Below, piece by piece: positions 52,996-62,981 of a DNA stretch of 64,000 bases (position 1 is its first letter; every line of letters starts with the position of its first letter). Source of the stretch: an uncultured Acidobacteriota bacterium (GTDB lineage: Bacteria; Acidobacteriota; Blastocatellia; RBC074). A model generated the notes under the pieces. That model was not told the DNA's origin and ran no database searches. It saw only the letters and a program-made list of their open reading frames with translations. The DNA is taken from positions 1,120,001 to 1,184,000 of the forward strand of contig CAWCKY010000006.1 in assembly GCA_963796275.1 (NCBI GenBank), in the 5' to 3' direction. A program made the position numbers and the translations under genes.

Positions 52996-53057
52996 ATTGC
53001 GATTACAATCTTCCAGGTTCGAAAAGTAAGTAAGGAATTTAATACTTTATAAAACCC

Positions 53058-53465
53058 ATGGCGGAATATCTCTTCGTTTACGGCACATTGCGTTCCCAAC
53101 TCGTACCGCCGGATCTCAGTGGGCTGGTGCAACAATTGCGTAGATTCGGCGCCGCATCCGCGCGCGGGCATCTGTACGACCTCGGCATGTATCCCGGAGC
53201 GATTCTCGATGCGGATTGTGACAACCGGATCATAGGCGAGATCCTTGAACTGCCCGACGACAAATCAGTACTGGCCGCGTTGGATCATTACGAAGGTATC
53301 GACGGCAAACAACCCGACGCGGGCTTATTTGTGCGAACCGAGTGTCATGCCATACTCGATAACGGTCAAGCGATCGAATGTTGGGTTTACGTCTACAACG
53401 GCGAAATCTCTTCAGAGAAACTTATTGAAAGCGGAGATTATCTTGGAAACAGAAGTCATAGTTAA
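53058..53465 (+). CDS. Gamma-glutamylcyclotransferase (AIG2-like)
   Basis: [36 protein letters not shown]. Confidence 0.88.
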   Translation: MAEYLFVYGTLRSQLVPPDLSGLVQQLRRFGAASARGHLYDLGMYPGAILDADCDNRIIGEILELPDDKSVLAALDHYEGIDGKQPDAGLFVRTECHAILDNGQAIECWVYVYNGEISSEKLIESGDYLGNRSHS

Positions 53466-54720
53466 AGAATCGACGGAATCGCCGATCACTCTCACACAAA
53501 TCCAGCAGTTAGAATCCCAATTTTTGATGCAGACTTACGCGCGCAACCCGGTGATGTTCGTGCGCGGTAAAGGCTCCACGCTCTATGATGATCAGGGGAA
53601 ACCTTATCTGGATTTCATCACGGGTATTGGGGTGAACGTGCTCGGCTACGACCACTCGCGCGTGCGGCGCGTTATGAGAGAGCAGGGTAGTCTGCTTCAC
53701 ACATCGAATCTCTATTATCACCAATATCAGGGGCAGCTTGCGGAGAGACTGGTGAAGGCTTCCGGTTTATCGCGCGTATTTTTTTGTAATACCGGCACGG
53801 AATCGGTCGAAGGCGCGCTGAAGCTGGCCCGCGCCTGGCAGCGCGCTCAGGGCCGCGCAGACAAAACGGAATTCGTCGCTCTGGTCAACTCATTTCACGG
53901 GCGCACTATGGGCGCGCTCTCCGTCACCGCGCAGGAGAAGTATCGCAAACCTTTCGAGCCGCTTATTTCGGGCGTGCGCTTCATCGATCCCGACAACGGC
54001 GGCGATAATTTTGCCGAAGCGCGAAAGGCGATAAATGAGCGAACGGCTGCAGTGATCGTCGAAACAATTCAGGGCGAATCCGGCATCCGCCCGGTCGATG
54101 ACCGGTTCCTGCGGGCTGTTCGCGAGGCTTGCGACGATGTCGATGCGCTGCTCATTCTCGATGAGGTGCAATGTGGCCTCGGTCGAACAGGGAGTACTTT
54201 CGCATTTGAAAATACCTCGGTGACGCCCGACCTGCTCTGTGTGGCGAAGCCGCTCGGATTGGGCGTCCCGCTCGGCGCATTCATTGTGGCCGAGAAAGCA
54301 GTAGATGGTTTGAAGACCGGCGACCACGGCTCGACATTCGGAGGCGGTCCGCTCGCTTGCCGGTTGAGCCTGGAATTTATGGAGATGTTGCAGGAGGACA
54401 AGTTGATGGAGCGCGTGACCGACGTCGGCGGCTATTTCATCAAGCAATTGAAAAAATTACAGACGCGTCACCCGGAAGCGATCAAAGAGGTCCGCGGCCT
54501 TGGCCTGATGGTTGGCCTGGAGATGAGTTTCCCGTGCAAGAGTGTGGCGACGAAGATGCTCGAACGAGGGTTTTTGATCAACTGTACTCACGACACGGTG
54601 CTGCGGTTCCTTCCGCCATACATCATCAAAAAATCTGAAATCGGCGCAATGTTGGCTGTTCTTGAAGAGATTATCGCCGCTCAGCAGGCGACCGGGGCCG
54701 AGCCGGGCCCTGCATTTTAA
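53443..54720 (+). CDS. argD: Acetylornithine aminotransferase
   Basis: [44 protein letters not shown]; GGAG then TTG at 53443 (start uncertain). Confidence 0.92.
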   Translation: METEVIVKESTESPITLTQIQQLESQFLMQTYARNPVMFVRGKGSTLYDDQGKPYLDFITGIGVNVLGYDHSRVRRVMREQGSLLHTSNLYYHQYQGQLAERLVKASGLSRVFFCNTGTESVEGALKLARAWQRAQGRADKTEFVALVNSFHGRTMGALSVTAQEKYRKPFEPLISGVRFIDPDNGGDNFAEARKAINERTAAVIVETIQGESGIRPVDDRFLRAVREACDDVDALLILDEVQCGLGRTGSTFAFENTSVTPDLLCVAKPLGLGVPLGAFIVAEKAVDGLKTGDHGSTFGGGPLACRLSLEFMEMLQEDKLMERVTDVGGYFIKQLKKLQTRHPEAIKEVRGLGLMVGLEMSFPCKSVATKMLERGFLINCTHDTVLRFLPPYIIKKSEIGAMLAVLEEIIAAQQATGAEPGPAF

Positions 54721-54810
54721 ATTTATCATTTTAAATTTTAGATTTGATATTGAGATGCAGGCTTCGCGAGTCGATGACAAATGACAAGTTTAAGATGGCA
54801 AATTTAAAAT
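54714..54810. repeat. AT-rich heptamer-period imperfect inverted repeat
   Basis: ATTTTAAATTTATCATTTTAAA... pairs with ...TTTAAGATGGCAAATTTAAAAT; between convergent argD and hemA. Confidence 0.7.
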
Positions 54811-54869
54811 TCTTTCCCGACTGCTCCAGCAAACTTTCCGAGTCCGTTTGAGCCGAGGGAATATCCCTT

Positions 54870-56141
54870 TCACTCGGTATCTTTGTGGTACATCTCGCGC
54901 CAGGCCTTCAAGTAGGGAGAATGACCGTCTTCGGATTCGCGTATTTGTTTGATGACAGGCTGCGTGAATTTATTGACGATGGCGTTGAGCATTACCCGTA
55001 GAGCTTCTTCCTGCTCATCGGTCAGACTGCCCAGTCGCTTGCGGCTACGATCGAGCTCGGTGAATGCCATCGAGTTCACTTCCCGGCGGAATGCACCGAT
55101 CACGGCATTGATGTCTCCCTCGGCCAGCGCAGCCGTGAAACGTTCGACCTCGGCATCGATGATCGATTCGGCACGGATCGCCTCCCGCCGGCGCTCGGTC
55201 CGATTACCCTCGGCGATCGATTCGAGGTCATCGACGTCAAAAACGAAGGCATTGTCGAAGTCGCTTATCGCCGGGTCGATATTTCGCGGTACCGAGATGT
55301 CGATCAGCATCATCGGGCGGTTGCGGCGAATGGCAAGGGCGCCTCGGATCTGATCGGGAGAGACCAGGTAGTGCGGCGCTCCGGTCGAACATATGACGAT
55401 CTCTGCTTCGGGCAGCCGGCTGGCTAAATGCTCGAAACGGACCGGTTCGCCATTCATTTCGGCCGCCAGACGCTCCGCATTTTCATAAGTTCGATTGACT
55501 ATCAGTATCCGGCTCGCTCCATAGCTGAGCAGATGCCTGGCCGCAAGCTCCGCCATCTCGCCGGTGCCGATCAACATGACGGTCGTTCCATGCAGACTCT
55601 CAAAGACTTTCCGGGCGAGTTCGACCGCGACGAAACTGATGGAGACGGCACTCGATCCGATGCCCGTTTCGTTCCTCACTCTTTTGGATACCGCGAACGC
55701 GCGGTTCATTAGGCGCGTCAGCAGGTGGCCGACGCTCTCCGCCTCCTGAGCCTGTTGGAACGCTTCTTTGACCTGTCCCGTGATCTGCGGCTCGCCGACG
55801 ACCATCGACTCGAGGGAAGAGGTGACGCGGAAGATGTGTTTTATCGCAGATGAGTCCGAATGATGGTAGCAGTGCTTGCTGATCAGCGCGGAATCACATC
55901 TATGGAACTGATGGAGGAAGCCGTAGATGTGCGAGATGGCAGCCTCGGCTTCGTTCTGTTTGGGCGTCGCCGCAATCACCTCAACGCGGTTGCAGGTGGA
56001 GACTATCAGGCCTTCGCAGATCAACTCACGATCGACCAGCTGGCGCAGGGCCTCGTGAAGCTGCGTTTCAGCAAATGCCAGCTGCTCGCGAACCTCCACG
56101 GGCGCTGTTTTATGATTGACTCCGACGAGTACGATACTCAT
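54870..56141 (-). CDS. hemA: Glutamyl-tRNA reductase
   Basis: GVNHKTAPVEVRE, STCNRVE, GEPQITGQVK, IGTGEMA, DISVPRNID. Confidence 0.97.
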   Translation of the reverse strand: MSIVLVGVNHKTAPVEVREQLAFAETQLHEALRQLVDRELICEGLIVSTCNRVEVIAATPKQNEAEAAISHIYGFLHQFHRCDSALISKHCYHHSDSSAIKHIFRVTSSLESMVVGEPQITGQVKEAFQQAQEAESVGHLLTRLMNRAFAVSKRVRNETGIGSSAVSISFVAVELARKVFESLHGTTVMLIGTGEMAELAARHLLSYGASRILIVNRTYENAERLAAEMNGEPVRFEHLASRLPEAEIVICSTGAPHYLVSPDQIRGALAIRRNRPMMLIDISVPRNIDPAISDFDNAFVFDVDDLESIAEGNRTERRREAIRAESIIDAEVERFTAALAEGDINAVIGAFRREVNSMAFTELDRSRKRLGSLTDEQEEALRVMLNAIVNKFTQPVIKQIRESEDGHSPYLKAWREMYHKDTE

Positions 56142-56160
56142 ATGATTGCGGATCGCGGAT

Positions 56161-56269
56161 GAAGATTCATCACAAAAAACGCAAAGACAGACAAAATCCG
56201 TAAGGGATCGAATAGAAATCGTTTTGTGTACGTTGATGACATTTGCGATTTTTGTGGGGAAGATTCATC
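56161..56269. mobile_element. Candidate miniature hairpin insertion with 11-bp flanking direct repeat GAAGATTCATC
   Basis: Direct repeat at 56161-56171 and 56259-56269 around the CACAAAAAACGCAAA / TTTGCGATTTTTGTG inverted repeat. Confidence 0.45.
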
Positions 56270-56276
56270 CGTAATC

Positions 56277-57125
56277 TTAAGTCTGTAAGTAACCGAAAAC
56301 GTGATAGCCGCCCAGCGCCCGCGTGCCGAGCCAGGTCAAAAGTACGATGACGAATCCGATGATCGATAATAGCGCGACGCGGCGTCCACGCCATCCGGCC
56401 GTCAACCTGTAATGCATGATGAACAGGTAGATGACCCACGTCACCAGAGCCATCACCTCTTTCGGATCGTTATGCCAATAACGACCATCCCGCTGATTAT
56501 TCCAGATGATCCCGGTCACGACGCCCAGCGTGAGCGTGACAAACCCGATGCTCAGTGAGCGATAACCGATATCATCGCACGTATTGAGCGCCGGTAGTCG
56601 CTGGAAGGCTGCTCCGAAGTGCTTGGCCTTCAGCTCATGCTCCTGAATCAAATACATTACGCCGCTGACGAAGGTAACAATGAATGCCGCATAGGAAAAT
56701 ATGACGAGCGTCACATGCACCGGAAAAATGACTTTCGTGACAGCGTTCGTCGAGATTGCGCCTTCTAGCAGATGCGGCAACAATTGCCCCGGATCAGGAA
56801 GCAGAAGCGAGATGAGCGTAAAGACAAAGACCAGCGGCAGGATGAAGGTCGGAAGCGCGCGCGCGTGATATCGTAAACTCATGACGAGGTAATAAGCAAC
56901 TATCGCCCAGGCGATGAATGAGCTGACCTCTTTAGGATTCACGATCGGGAAATGCCCCAGTCGCCACCAGTCACTCGCCAGTGCTGCCGTATGTACGATA
57001 AAACCCGCGCCGATAAAAGCGACCAGCTCGCGCCCCGGTCTCTCGGATTTCGTCGCGAACGTTATTATGGAATAGAAAGCGCCAGCCAAATATAGCAGCA
57101 GCGCTATGATCAGCAGGATTGACAT
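56277..57125 (-). CDS. CcsA/HemX-like cytochrome c assembly membrane protein
   Basis: About 8 TM helices; HV.L...SY, LPALNTCD, LTLGVVTG..W...YWHNDPKE, GWRGRR; upstream of hemA. Confidence 0.85.
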   Translation of the reverse strand: MSILLIIALLLYLAGAFYSIITFATKSERPGRELVAFIGAGFIVHTAALASDWWRLGHFPIVNPKEVSSFIAWAIVAYYLVMSLRYHARALPTFILPLVFVFTLISLLLPDPGQLLPHLLEGAISTNAVTKVIFPVHVTLVIFSYAAFIVTFVSGVMYLIQEHELKAKHFGAAFQRLPALNTCDDIGYRSLSIGFVTLTLGVVTGIIWNNQRDGRYWHNDPKEVMALVTWVIYLFIMHYRLTAGWRGRRVALLSIIGFVIVLLTWLGTRALGGYHVFGYLQT

Positions 57126-57217
57126 AGAATTCCAACCACAGATTAGAATACGAATTGATATTAACACCGGATTTAGCGCTTTGACAGCCAACTCCTTACC
57201 GATACTGTTCCGGTTTT

Positions 57218-57243
57218 TGGAACTGTTAATAACGCAGGACGTA
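57218..57243 (+). promoter_or_regulatory. ECF (SigW-like) promoter
   Basis: TGGAAC-N16-CGTA versus B. subtilis SigW consensus TGAAAC-N16-CGTA. Confidence 0.55.
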
Positions 57244-57346
57244 TCAGGACGTATAATGGCGCGAATATGAGAATTTGATATGAAATATAAATCATGAAAA
57301 TGCCATATCTTAATGGGTTATCCGGACTCTTAGGAGATGATGCGTT

Positions 57347-57934
57347 ATGTGGGAAGCAATCGCTCAGTACAGTTCAATCACCATATTCCTTATTGTAGGA
57401 GCCTTCGGCCTCGTTTTTCTGATTATCTCGTACTTCTTCGGGGAGTTCTTCGAAGTCCTTGATAACGAGGCCGATCTGGATGCCGAAGATAGCGGGGGGA
57501 TATTCAGCCTGAAGGTCATGAGCGTGTTTGTGACCGCTTTCGGGGGCGTTAGCGCGCTCGGGGTTTATGAGGGGTTCGGCATGTTGCTGAGCACCGGCTT
57601 CGGAGTGGCCGGTGGTTTTGCCCTTGCCTTTTTGGTCTATTACTTTGGCCGAATGCTCTATTCGCAACAATCGTCAAGCCACGTAAATACAGCCGATTTA
57701 GTAGGATGCAGGGCGGAAGTAATCGTGGGAATTCCCGGGGGAGGCTCCGGTCAGGTGCGTTGTCTCTTCGGTGAAACGATGGTAGAGAAGATCGCCCGCT
57801 CACGCGACGGCAGCGCGATCGCGCAACATGTGGAAGTTCTTATTGAAGAAGTCCTCGGTGAAAGTGTAATCGTCCGCCCGTGGTCATCAGCAATGGAGGC
57901 GCGCTCTCTTTTTTCGACTACTATCGAGCCATAG
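57347..57934 (+). CDS. NfeD-like (YuaF-type) membrane protein
   Basis: Three TM segments plus OB-fold (LVGCRAEVIVGIP..GSGQV..IARS); upstream of flotillin. Confidence 0.8.
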   Translation: MWEAIAQYSSITIFLIVGAFGLVFLIISYFFGEFFEVLDNEADLDAEDSGGIFSLKVMSVFVTAFGGVSALGVYEGFGMLLSTGFGVAGGFALAFLVYYFGRMLYSQQSSSHVNTADLVGCRAEVIVGIPGGGSGQVRCLFGETMVEKIARSRDGSAIAQHVEVLIEEVLGESVIVRPWSSAMEARSLFSTTIEP

Positions 57935-58203
57935 AAATCGATTTGCATAAATACTGTTCAGCCGTAACTGCTCACACCTTACGCCTGTAACGAAACAAAC
58001 GGAGAAGCGATGCAGTATGTGGTCTCGCAGGCCGGGTCGCTTATGCTCATACTGCGCCGCAAATCGATCGATCAGGTTCAGCCTTTAATCGTCTCTTTTC
58101 CATAAGTTGGAAATTGAAATCAGTATCTAACTCTAGCCTGTGACTATAACGACATCTAACCGGAGCGCGGGACGCTCTCGGTTGGTGCAGAGGAGGTGTA
58201 TCG

Positions 58204-59757
58204 ATGTTCGAAAATCTCTTGATAATTGCGGTCGCGGGAGCGGGGCTCCTGGCTCTCTTCATTGCGCTGATGATCATCAGCAAAAACTACATTAAAGTTC
58301 CGCCGAATGAGGCAGCGGTCTTCAGCGGGCGCAAACGCAAACTGCCCGATGGGCGCGTCGTCGGTTATCGACTGGTGCGTGGCGGGGCAGCTCTACGCGT
58401 ACCGCTTCTTGAGAAAGTAGACTACCTATCGCTCAATGTGATCACCATACCGCTCGAGATCAGACGGGCATACACGTTGAAGGGCGTGCCCGTGTCGGTC
58501 AAGGCGGTCGCGAACGTTAAAATCCGCAGCGACGATGTATCGCTACAGGCTGCCGCCGAGCGTTTCCTCGGGATGTCGACGCCGGAGGTCCAGAGGGTGA
58601 TCTTTCAAACGCTCGAAGGGCATTTGCGCGCTATCCTGGGGACGCTCACCGTCGAAGAGATCAACAATGACCGCCAGAGCTTTGCGCAGAAGCTCACATC
58701 GGAAGCTGCATTGGACCTCGAGCGAATGGGCATCGGCGTCGACGTCCTCACTATCCAGGAGATCAGCGATGACGAAGGCTACCTCGATGCGCTGGGGAAG
58801 CGGCGGACGGCCGAGGTCAAACGCGATGCGCAGATCGGAGAGGCCGAGGCCACGCGTGATTCGAAGATCAACGCATCGCGGGCCATGCAGGAAGGCGAGA
58901 AGGTCAAACTCGAATCCGAAGCGAACATCGCTTTCGCACAGCGCGAGCTGGAGGTCAAGAAGGCGCAATTTCAGGCGGAAGTCGAAACCGAACGCGCCCG
59001 GGCTGATCAGGCGGGTCCGCTCTCGAGCGCCAAAGCGCGTCAGGCTGTCATCGCCGAGGAAGTGCGTATCGAAAAGATTCGCACGGAAGAACGCATCTCT
59101 GTCGAAGAACAGGAAGTGAAACGCAGGGAGCGCGAGCTCGAGTCGACAGTGATCAAACCGGCCGATGCCGAACGGACAGCGGCGGTTCTGCGTGCCGAAG
59201 CGGCCAAACAGGCGGCGATCCTGGAGGCTGAGGGCAGAAAGGCCGCGCTGATCGCGATCGCTGAAGCCGAACAGGAGCGGTTGCGGCAAGAAGGCATGGG
59301 ACGCGCTTCGGCCATCGAAGCCGAAGGTAGAGCCGAGGCCGCCAAGATCGAAGCTACCGGAATCGCGCAGGCGAGAGCAATAGAAGCCCAAGGTCTCGCC
59401 GAAGCCAACGCGATCCTCAAGAAGGCCGAGGCCTGGAAACAATTCAACGAATCGGCGAGGCTGCAGACCATTCTCGAAAAACTGCCGAGCATCCTCGAGG
59501 CGTCTGCGCCTGTCTTCAGCGCAGTCGCATCACCGCTCGGCAACATCGATAAGGTGGTGATGATCGAACAGGGCAATGGCCATGGTGCAAGCGGGATCAA
59601 TCGCTTCGCCTCGACCGCGCCTTCGGTGGTCTTCGGCTTCCTGCAGCAACTTGAGGCCCTGGGAATCAATGTCCCCAATCTGATCGCGCAGTTGGGCATT
59701 GAAACCAAGGCTGATTCAACTAAGAGCGACGCTCTTACCAAAACTGCGGATCAATAG
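58204..59757 (+). CDS. Flotillin / SPFH-domain protein
   Basis: VPPNEAAVFSG, LEGHLRAILGTLTVEEI, YLDALG, AEA-rich coiled coil. Confidence 0.93.
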   Translation: MFENLLIIAVAGAGLLALFIALMIISKNYIKVPPNEAAVFSGRKRKLPDGRVVGYRLVRGGAALRVPLLEKVDYLSLNVITIPLEIRRAYTLKGVPVSVKAVANVKIRSDDVSLQAAAERFLGMSTPEVQRVIFQTLEGHLRAILGTLTVEEINNDRQSFAQKLTSEAALDLERMGIGVDVLTIQEISDDEGYLDALGKRRTAEVKRDAQIGEAEATRDSKINASRAMQEGEKVKLESEANIAFAQRELEVKKAQFQAEVETERARADQAGPLSSAKARQAVIAEEVRIEKIRTEERISVEEQEVKRRERELESTVIKPADAERTAAVLRAEAAKQAAILEAEGRKAALIAIAEAEQERLRQEGMGRASAIEAEGRAEAAKIEATGIAQARAIEAQGLAEANAILKKAEAWKQFNESARLQTILEKLPSILEASAPVFSAVASPLGNIDKVVMIEQGNGHGASGINRFASTAPSVVFGFLQQLEALGINVPNLIAQLGIETKADSTKSDALTKTADQ

Positions 59758-60134
59758 CTCGTCCCTCTTCGGTGAAACCGCGGGGAACACGGGTGGCCTC
59801 GGATATCTCAGAATCCGCGCCTCCCGTGCCCCCCGTACAGCTGTGACCCGCGGTCATTTCCGACCAACACATGCATCAGCAATCTCCAAATTGTGGTTGA
59901 CAAATGCGACCGTTAGAGGTATTTGTTACGTATTGAGACAAAATCTCGATATTGCCCATTGGAGGTTTAAGCAGCGGTCTTTAATGGGCAGACTCACAGA
60001 TAGCCCCAGTAGTACGATCTCCCTGATTTACCACTAATAACATTAGCGATTTGCTATATCGGGTGCACGATCTAGCGATCGAATTGGCGGATACCCCTGC
60101 GTAATTAGTTATACATTAAAACAAAAGGAGATAC

Positions 60135-60815
60135 ATGAGATATACACAACCAGCACTATGCTTGTTTATCCTGATGATGGTGACGGGGATTGCGAGCGCG
60201 CAAAATCCACCGACGTGCAATGTGACGAATACAGTCATTGTTCGCGCAACGATCGTCGTCAGCAATACGGCGTTTGATGGTGGCTGTACGCGATATGTCG
60301 CAGGGCCGGAATTGGGCGATGGAAGTCAGGATGAAGATCAGCAGCCGGTTTTCAGGGTTACCAATGGTATGCTTCGAAACGTTGTCCTGGGGGCACCGGC
60401 GGCTGACGGTATCCATACACGGGGGAATGTGACGCTGAACAATGTTCACTGGCAGGATGTCGGGGAAGATGCATTGACAGTGAAGGAATCGGGTACTGTC
60501 ACCATCGACGGCGGCACAGCAACCAACGCCGACGATAAGATATTTCAGATCAATGCCGCCAGCACCTTCAATGTAAGAAACTTCGTTGCGAGCAATGGAG
60601 GCAAATTCATTCGCCAGAATGGCGGGACGGAATTCACAGTCAACATATTCATCGATAATTGCAATATATCGAATATGGATGAGGCGATCGCGCGGACCGA
60701 CAGCCCCACCACTACGGTGAGGATGACCAACACTCGTTATAGCAATATCGGCGATGCACTCTTCATCGGCTTCGCTCCCGGTAATGTAAGTCAGTCAAAT
60801 AATGTTGAGTACTGA
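60135..60815 (+). CDS. Secreted pectate lyase, PL3 family
   Basis: LGDGSQDEDQQPVF, AADGIH, NVHWQDVGEDALT, ADDKIFQIN; AAGGAG RBS. Confidence 0.88.
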   Translation: MRYTQPALCLFILMMVTGIASAQNPPTCNVTNTVIVRATIVVSNTAFDGGCTRYVAGPELGDGSQDEDQQPVFRVTNGMLRNVVLGAPAADGIHTRGNVTLNNVHWQDVGEDALTVKESGTVTIDGGTATNADDKIFQINAASTFNVRNFVASNGGKFIRQNGGTEFTVNIFIDNCNISNMDEAIARTDSPTTTVRMTNTRYSNIGDALFIGFAPGNVSQSNNVEY

Positions 60816-60877
60816 TATCTGTACACTGGTGCGGGGTCTGTCTTGAGAATACAGACGACGCGCACTTTAAACGATGA

Positions 60878-60911
60878 CGACTACTGGGAGCGCAATCGCT
60901 CCCAGTAGTCG
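60878..60911. terminator. Perfect 15-bp stem hairpin downstream of the pectate lyase gene
   Basis: CGACTACTGGGAGCG-CAAT-CGCTCCCAGTAGTCG; no U-tract. Confidence 0.5.
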
Positions 60912-61265
60912 CAATGAGATACTGACCGTTATTTGTGCCACTGGATAAATCACACCCAATTTCCATATGCTGCGGCGCAGGAAGTCGGCTGGCAAGCCAT
61001 ATTCGATAACTCCAGTGCGCCGGGGTTTGAAATCACTCCCACCACATTTACAAATGCTTCTCACTATCGATATGATGCTCAGCGCCATGGTTTTAAGCGG
61101 CGAGAATTAACCGTCAGCGATATCTTGTCAGCGAAAGCACTTACCGATACTAAAACCAGCCACATAGGCGGAGATACAGAGTAGGGAAAGGAAGTTTAAC
61201 CGTCTGAGGCGATCATATTTCCTTTGTGTCTTTGCGCCTATTTGCTGATTTTTGAGGAGCCATCT

Positions 61266-62741
61266 ATGAAAAAAACAGACCGGCACTACGCACTGGGGTT
61301 GTTCATCCTAATCTTTATTGTCTGCAGCACGCTCATTCCGCCTCGCGCATCTATGTCACCTGCATTCATGCTCGATGCGACGAACTGGAGCCGGCAATCG
61401 ATCTATTTCCTTCTGACCGACCGTTTCTCAAACGGAGTGGCAGCTAACGACAACTACGGCGGATTCAATTCTGACCGCAGTGATCCGCGTAAATGGCACG
61501 GCGGCGATTTCCAGGGATTGATCAACAAGCTGGACTACATCAAAGGCATGGGATTCACGGCGATCTGGATCACACCCGTGCAGATGCAACGCGGTATTCA
61601 CTCCTTCCACGGCTATGCTACTTATGACTTCTATGGCATTGACGGCCATCTAGGCGACATGAATAAACTCAGGGAACTGGTCGACACGGCTCATGCGAAA
61701 GATATCTATGTCATGCTCGACGTGGTAGCCAATCACAGCGGCGATTTTCAGCCATCCAACGGCATCGCCGCGCCGCCTTTCGACAAATACGATTGGTATC
61801 ATCACTTTGGAGACGTGCAAGATTACAATGACCAGTTTTGGGTCGAAAATGGAGACGTGGCGGGGCTCGACGATCTCAACCAGGACAACCCGGCGACCGC
61901 GGCGGAGTTGAAGAATTGGATCTCGTGGCTGCGAACGCAGACCGGTCTGGACGGGTTGCGCGTCGATACGGCCAAACACGCGCCGAAATGGTTCTGGCGA
62001 GACTTCGATGCCGCGGCCAACACCTTCACCATGGGCGAGGTATATCACGGCGATCCGGGATACGTCGCCGATTACACCAATTATTTAGATGCGACGCTCG
62101 ACTTCCCGCTTTACTATACGATCAAGAATGTCTTTGCAAATGATCAGTCGATGTGGCAGATCAACCAGCGTTTCGGGGACGACTGGCGGTATAAAAACAA
62201 ATTCACCAACGGCGTCTTCATCGACAACCATGACGTGCATCGCTTTTTGTGCGACGCCACCGGCCGGCCGGGCGCCAACTGGGATAAATGGCCTCAGCTC
62301 AAAGCGGCTCTCGGCTTCGCCTTTACCATTCGCGGCATACCGATCGTCTATTACGGCACGGAGCAGGGTTTCACCGGGTGCGCCGATCCATTTAATCGCG
62401 AGGACCTATTCGAGAGCTTCAACACGACCAGCCCGCTCTACATCTATATTCAACAGCTCAATGCCGTGAAACGGGCGCATCCGGCGCTTCAGGACGGCTG
62501 GCAGGAAGAGAAGTGGGTCAATGAAAGCTTTTATGCTTTCCAGCGCTCGAAGAACGGGAACGAGGCTGTCGTCTGCATAAACAACAGCTGGGGTTTCCAG
62601 AGCATCAATGTGCCGAATATCAGCAACCTGCCGAACGGGACGGTGATGCACAACCGCATGGGCAGCGACAGTGTGACGGTCAACAATGGTACGGTTACAT
62701 GCAGTATGGCGGCCAAGGAGGTAAAGATCTTTACAAGATAG
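61266..62741 (+). CDS. Secreted GH13 alpha-amylase
   Basis: TDRFSNG, GGDFQGLINKLDYIKGMGFTAIWITP, DVVANH, GLRVDTAKH, FIDNHD. Confidence 0.92.
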   Translation: MKKTDRHYALGLFILIFIVCSTLIPPRASMSPAFMLDATNWSRQSIYFLLTDRFSNGVAANDNYGGFNSDRSDPRKWHGGDFQGLINKLDYIKGMGFTAIWITPVQMQRGIHSFHGYATYDFYGIDGHLGDMNKLRELVDTAHAKDIYVMLDVVANHSGDFQPSNGIAAPPFDKYDWYHHFGDVQDYNDQFWVENGDVAGLDDLNQDNPATAAELKNWISWLRTQTGLDGLRVDTAKHAPKWFWRDFDAAANTFTMGEVYHGDPGYVADYTNYLDATLDFPLYYTIKNVFANDQSMWQINQRFGDDWRYKNKFTNGVFIDNHDVHRFLCDATGRPGANWDKWPQLKAALGFAFTIRGIPIVYYGTEQGFTGCADPFNREDLFESFNTTSPLYIYIQQLNAVKRAHPALQDGWQEEKWVNESFYAFQRSKNGNEAVVCINNSWGFQSINVPNISNLPNGTVMHNRMGSDSVTVNNGTVTCSMAAKEVKIFTR

Positions 62742-62928
62742 TGGGCACAAGGTGATCTCACACACAAAGCGGCTGAGACGCAAAGAGAAGATAATGGAAG
62801 ATAAGAAATTAGATATTGAGAAATCCTCTATTTCTCATCTTTTCTTGTTCGAACTTGTTCGAAAGCCTAATCAGAGAATCATCGATCAGGTCGTGAAGTT
62901 TTAGGAATCGAGAGCCGTCGATAAAAAT

Positions 62929-62968
62929 TGCCCACAATAATCACAAATCTTTGTGACTATTGTGGGCA
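62929..62968. terminator. Hairpin between convergent genes
   Basis: TGCCCACAATAATCACAA / TTGTGACTATTGTGGGCA. Confidence 0.55.
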
Positions 62969-62981
62969 GTCTCAGGCAGGA

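Noticed and set aside
60005-60909. CCCAGTAGT on both sides of the pectate lyase gene as element ends
   Set aside because: Only 9 bp; compatible with chance
60933-61184. 83-aa ORF between pectate lyase and amylase
   Set aside because: TTG start, no RBS and no recognisable motif; may be a remnant but cannot be supported
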